Assembly: GCF_001194135.2 (NCBI RefSeq)
Contig: NC_068981.1
Location: 111,870,646-111,903,960, forward strand
Direction: 5' to 3'
Origin: Octopus bimaculoides
Lineage: Eukaryota
DNA: 33,315 bases
This document shows, piece after piece, positions 33,116 through 33,315 of the stretch (positions are counted from its first letter, which is position 1; each line of letters begins with the position of its first letter). The notes below the pieces were generated by a model. It was not told the origin of the DNA. It saw only the letters and a program-made list of their open reading frames with translations, and did not search any database. The position numbers and the translations under genes are program-made.

Positions 33116-33315
33116 GAGGCATCAAGCTGTTAGATCAGGTTATGAAAGTTACTAATTAGGGAGCGAATCAATTTAGATGAGATGTAGTTTGGGTTCGTGC
33201 CAGGTAAAAGCACTACTGATGCCTTATTTCTAGTAAGACAGCTGCAGGAGAAATACCTAGCCAAGGATAAACCTCTGTACCTGGCTTTCGTTGACATGGA
33301 GAAAGCCTTTGACAG
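33116..33315 (+). mobile_element. Start of another 5'-truncated RTE subfamily-A copy, running off the window
   Basis: RGIKLLDQVMK..., GFVPGKSTTDALFLVRQLQEKYLAKDKPLYLAFVDMEKAFD. Confidence 0.9.

Overview
AT-rich, gapped eukaryotic scaffold, most likely an octopus (inferred from the SINE, RTE and microsatellite content; not verified). The only host coding sequence I can support is two small + strand exons of an EDEM3-like GH47 ER mannosidase gene: 1448-1548 (101 nt) and 23174-23213 (40 nt). They join in phase as [47 protein letters not shown] across a 21,625-bp GT-AG intron, about 80% of which is transposon-derived by my count. A degenerate duplicate of the first exon lies at 2662. The rest is decayed mobile DNA: six RTE-clade LINE pieces from two subfamilies, a 4.3-kb hAT element with an 8-bp TSD, two ~1.2-kb mariners with TIRs, Penelope-like RT and GIY-YIG remnants, an R4/Dong-like remnant, tRNA-derived SINEs, Helitron-like termini, foldback elements and microsatellites. 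No TE ORF is intact. The most interesting candidates are a decayed hammerhead-ribozyme-like fold in a 760-bp inverted repeat, a possible spliceosomal intron at the 5' end of an RTE, a 382-bp RT segment patched into an RTE 3' UTR, and the EDEM3 pseudo-exon. All alignments were done by eye.
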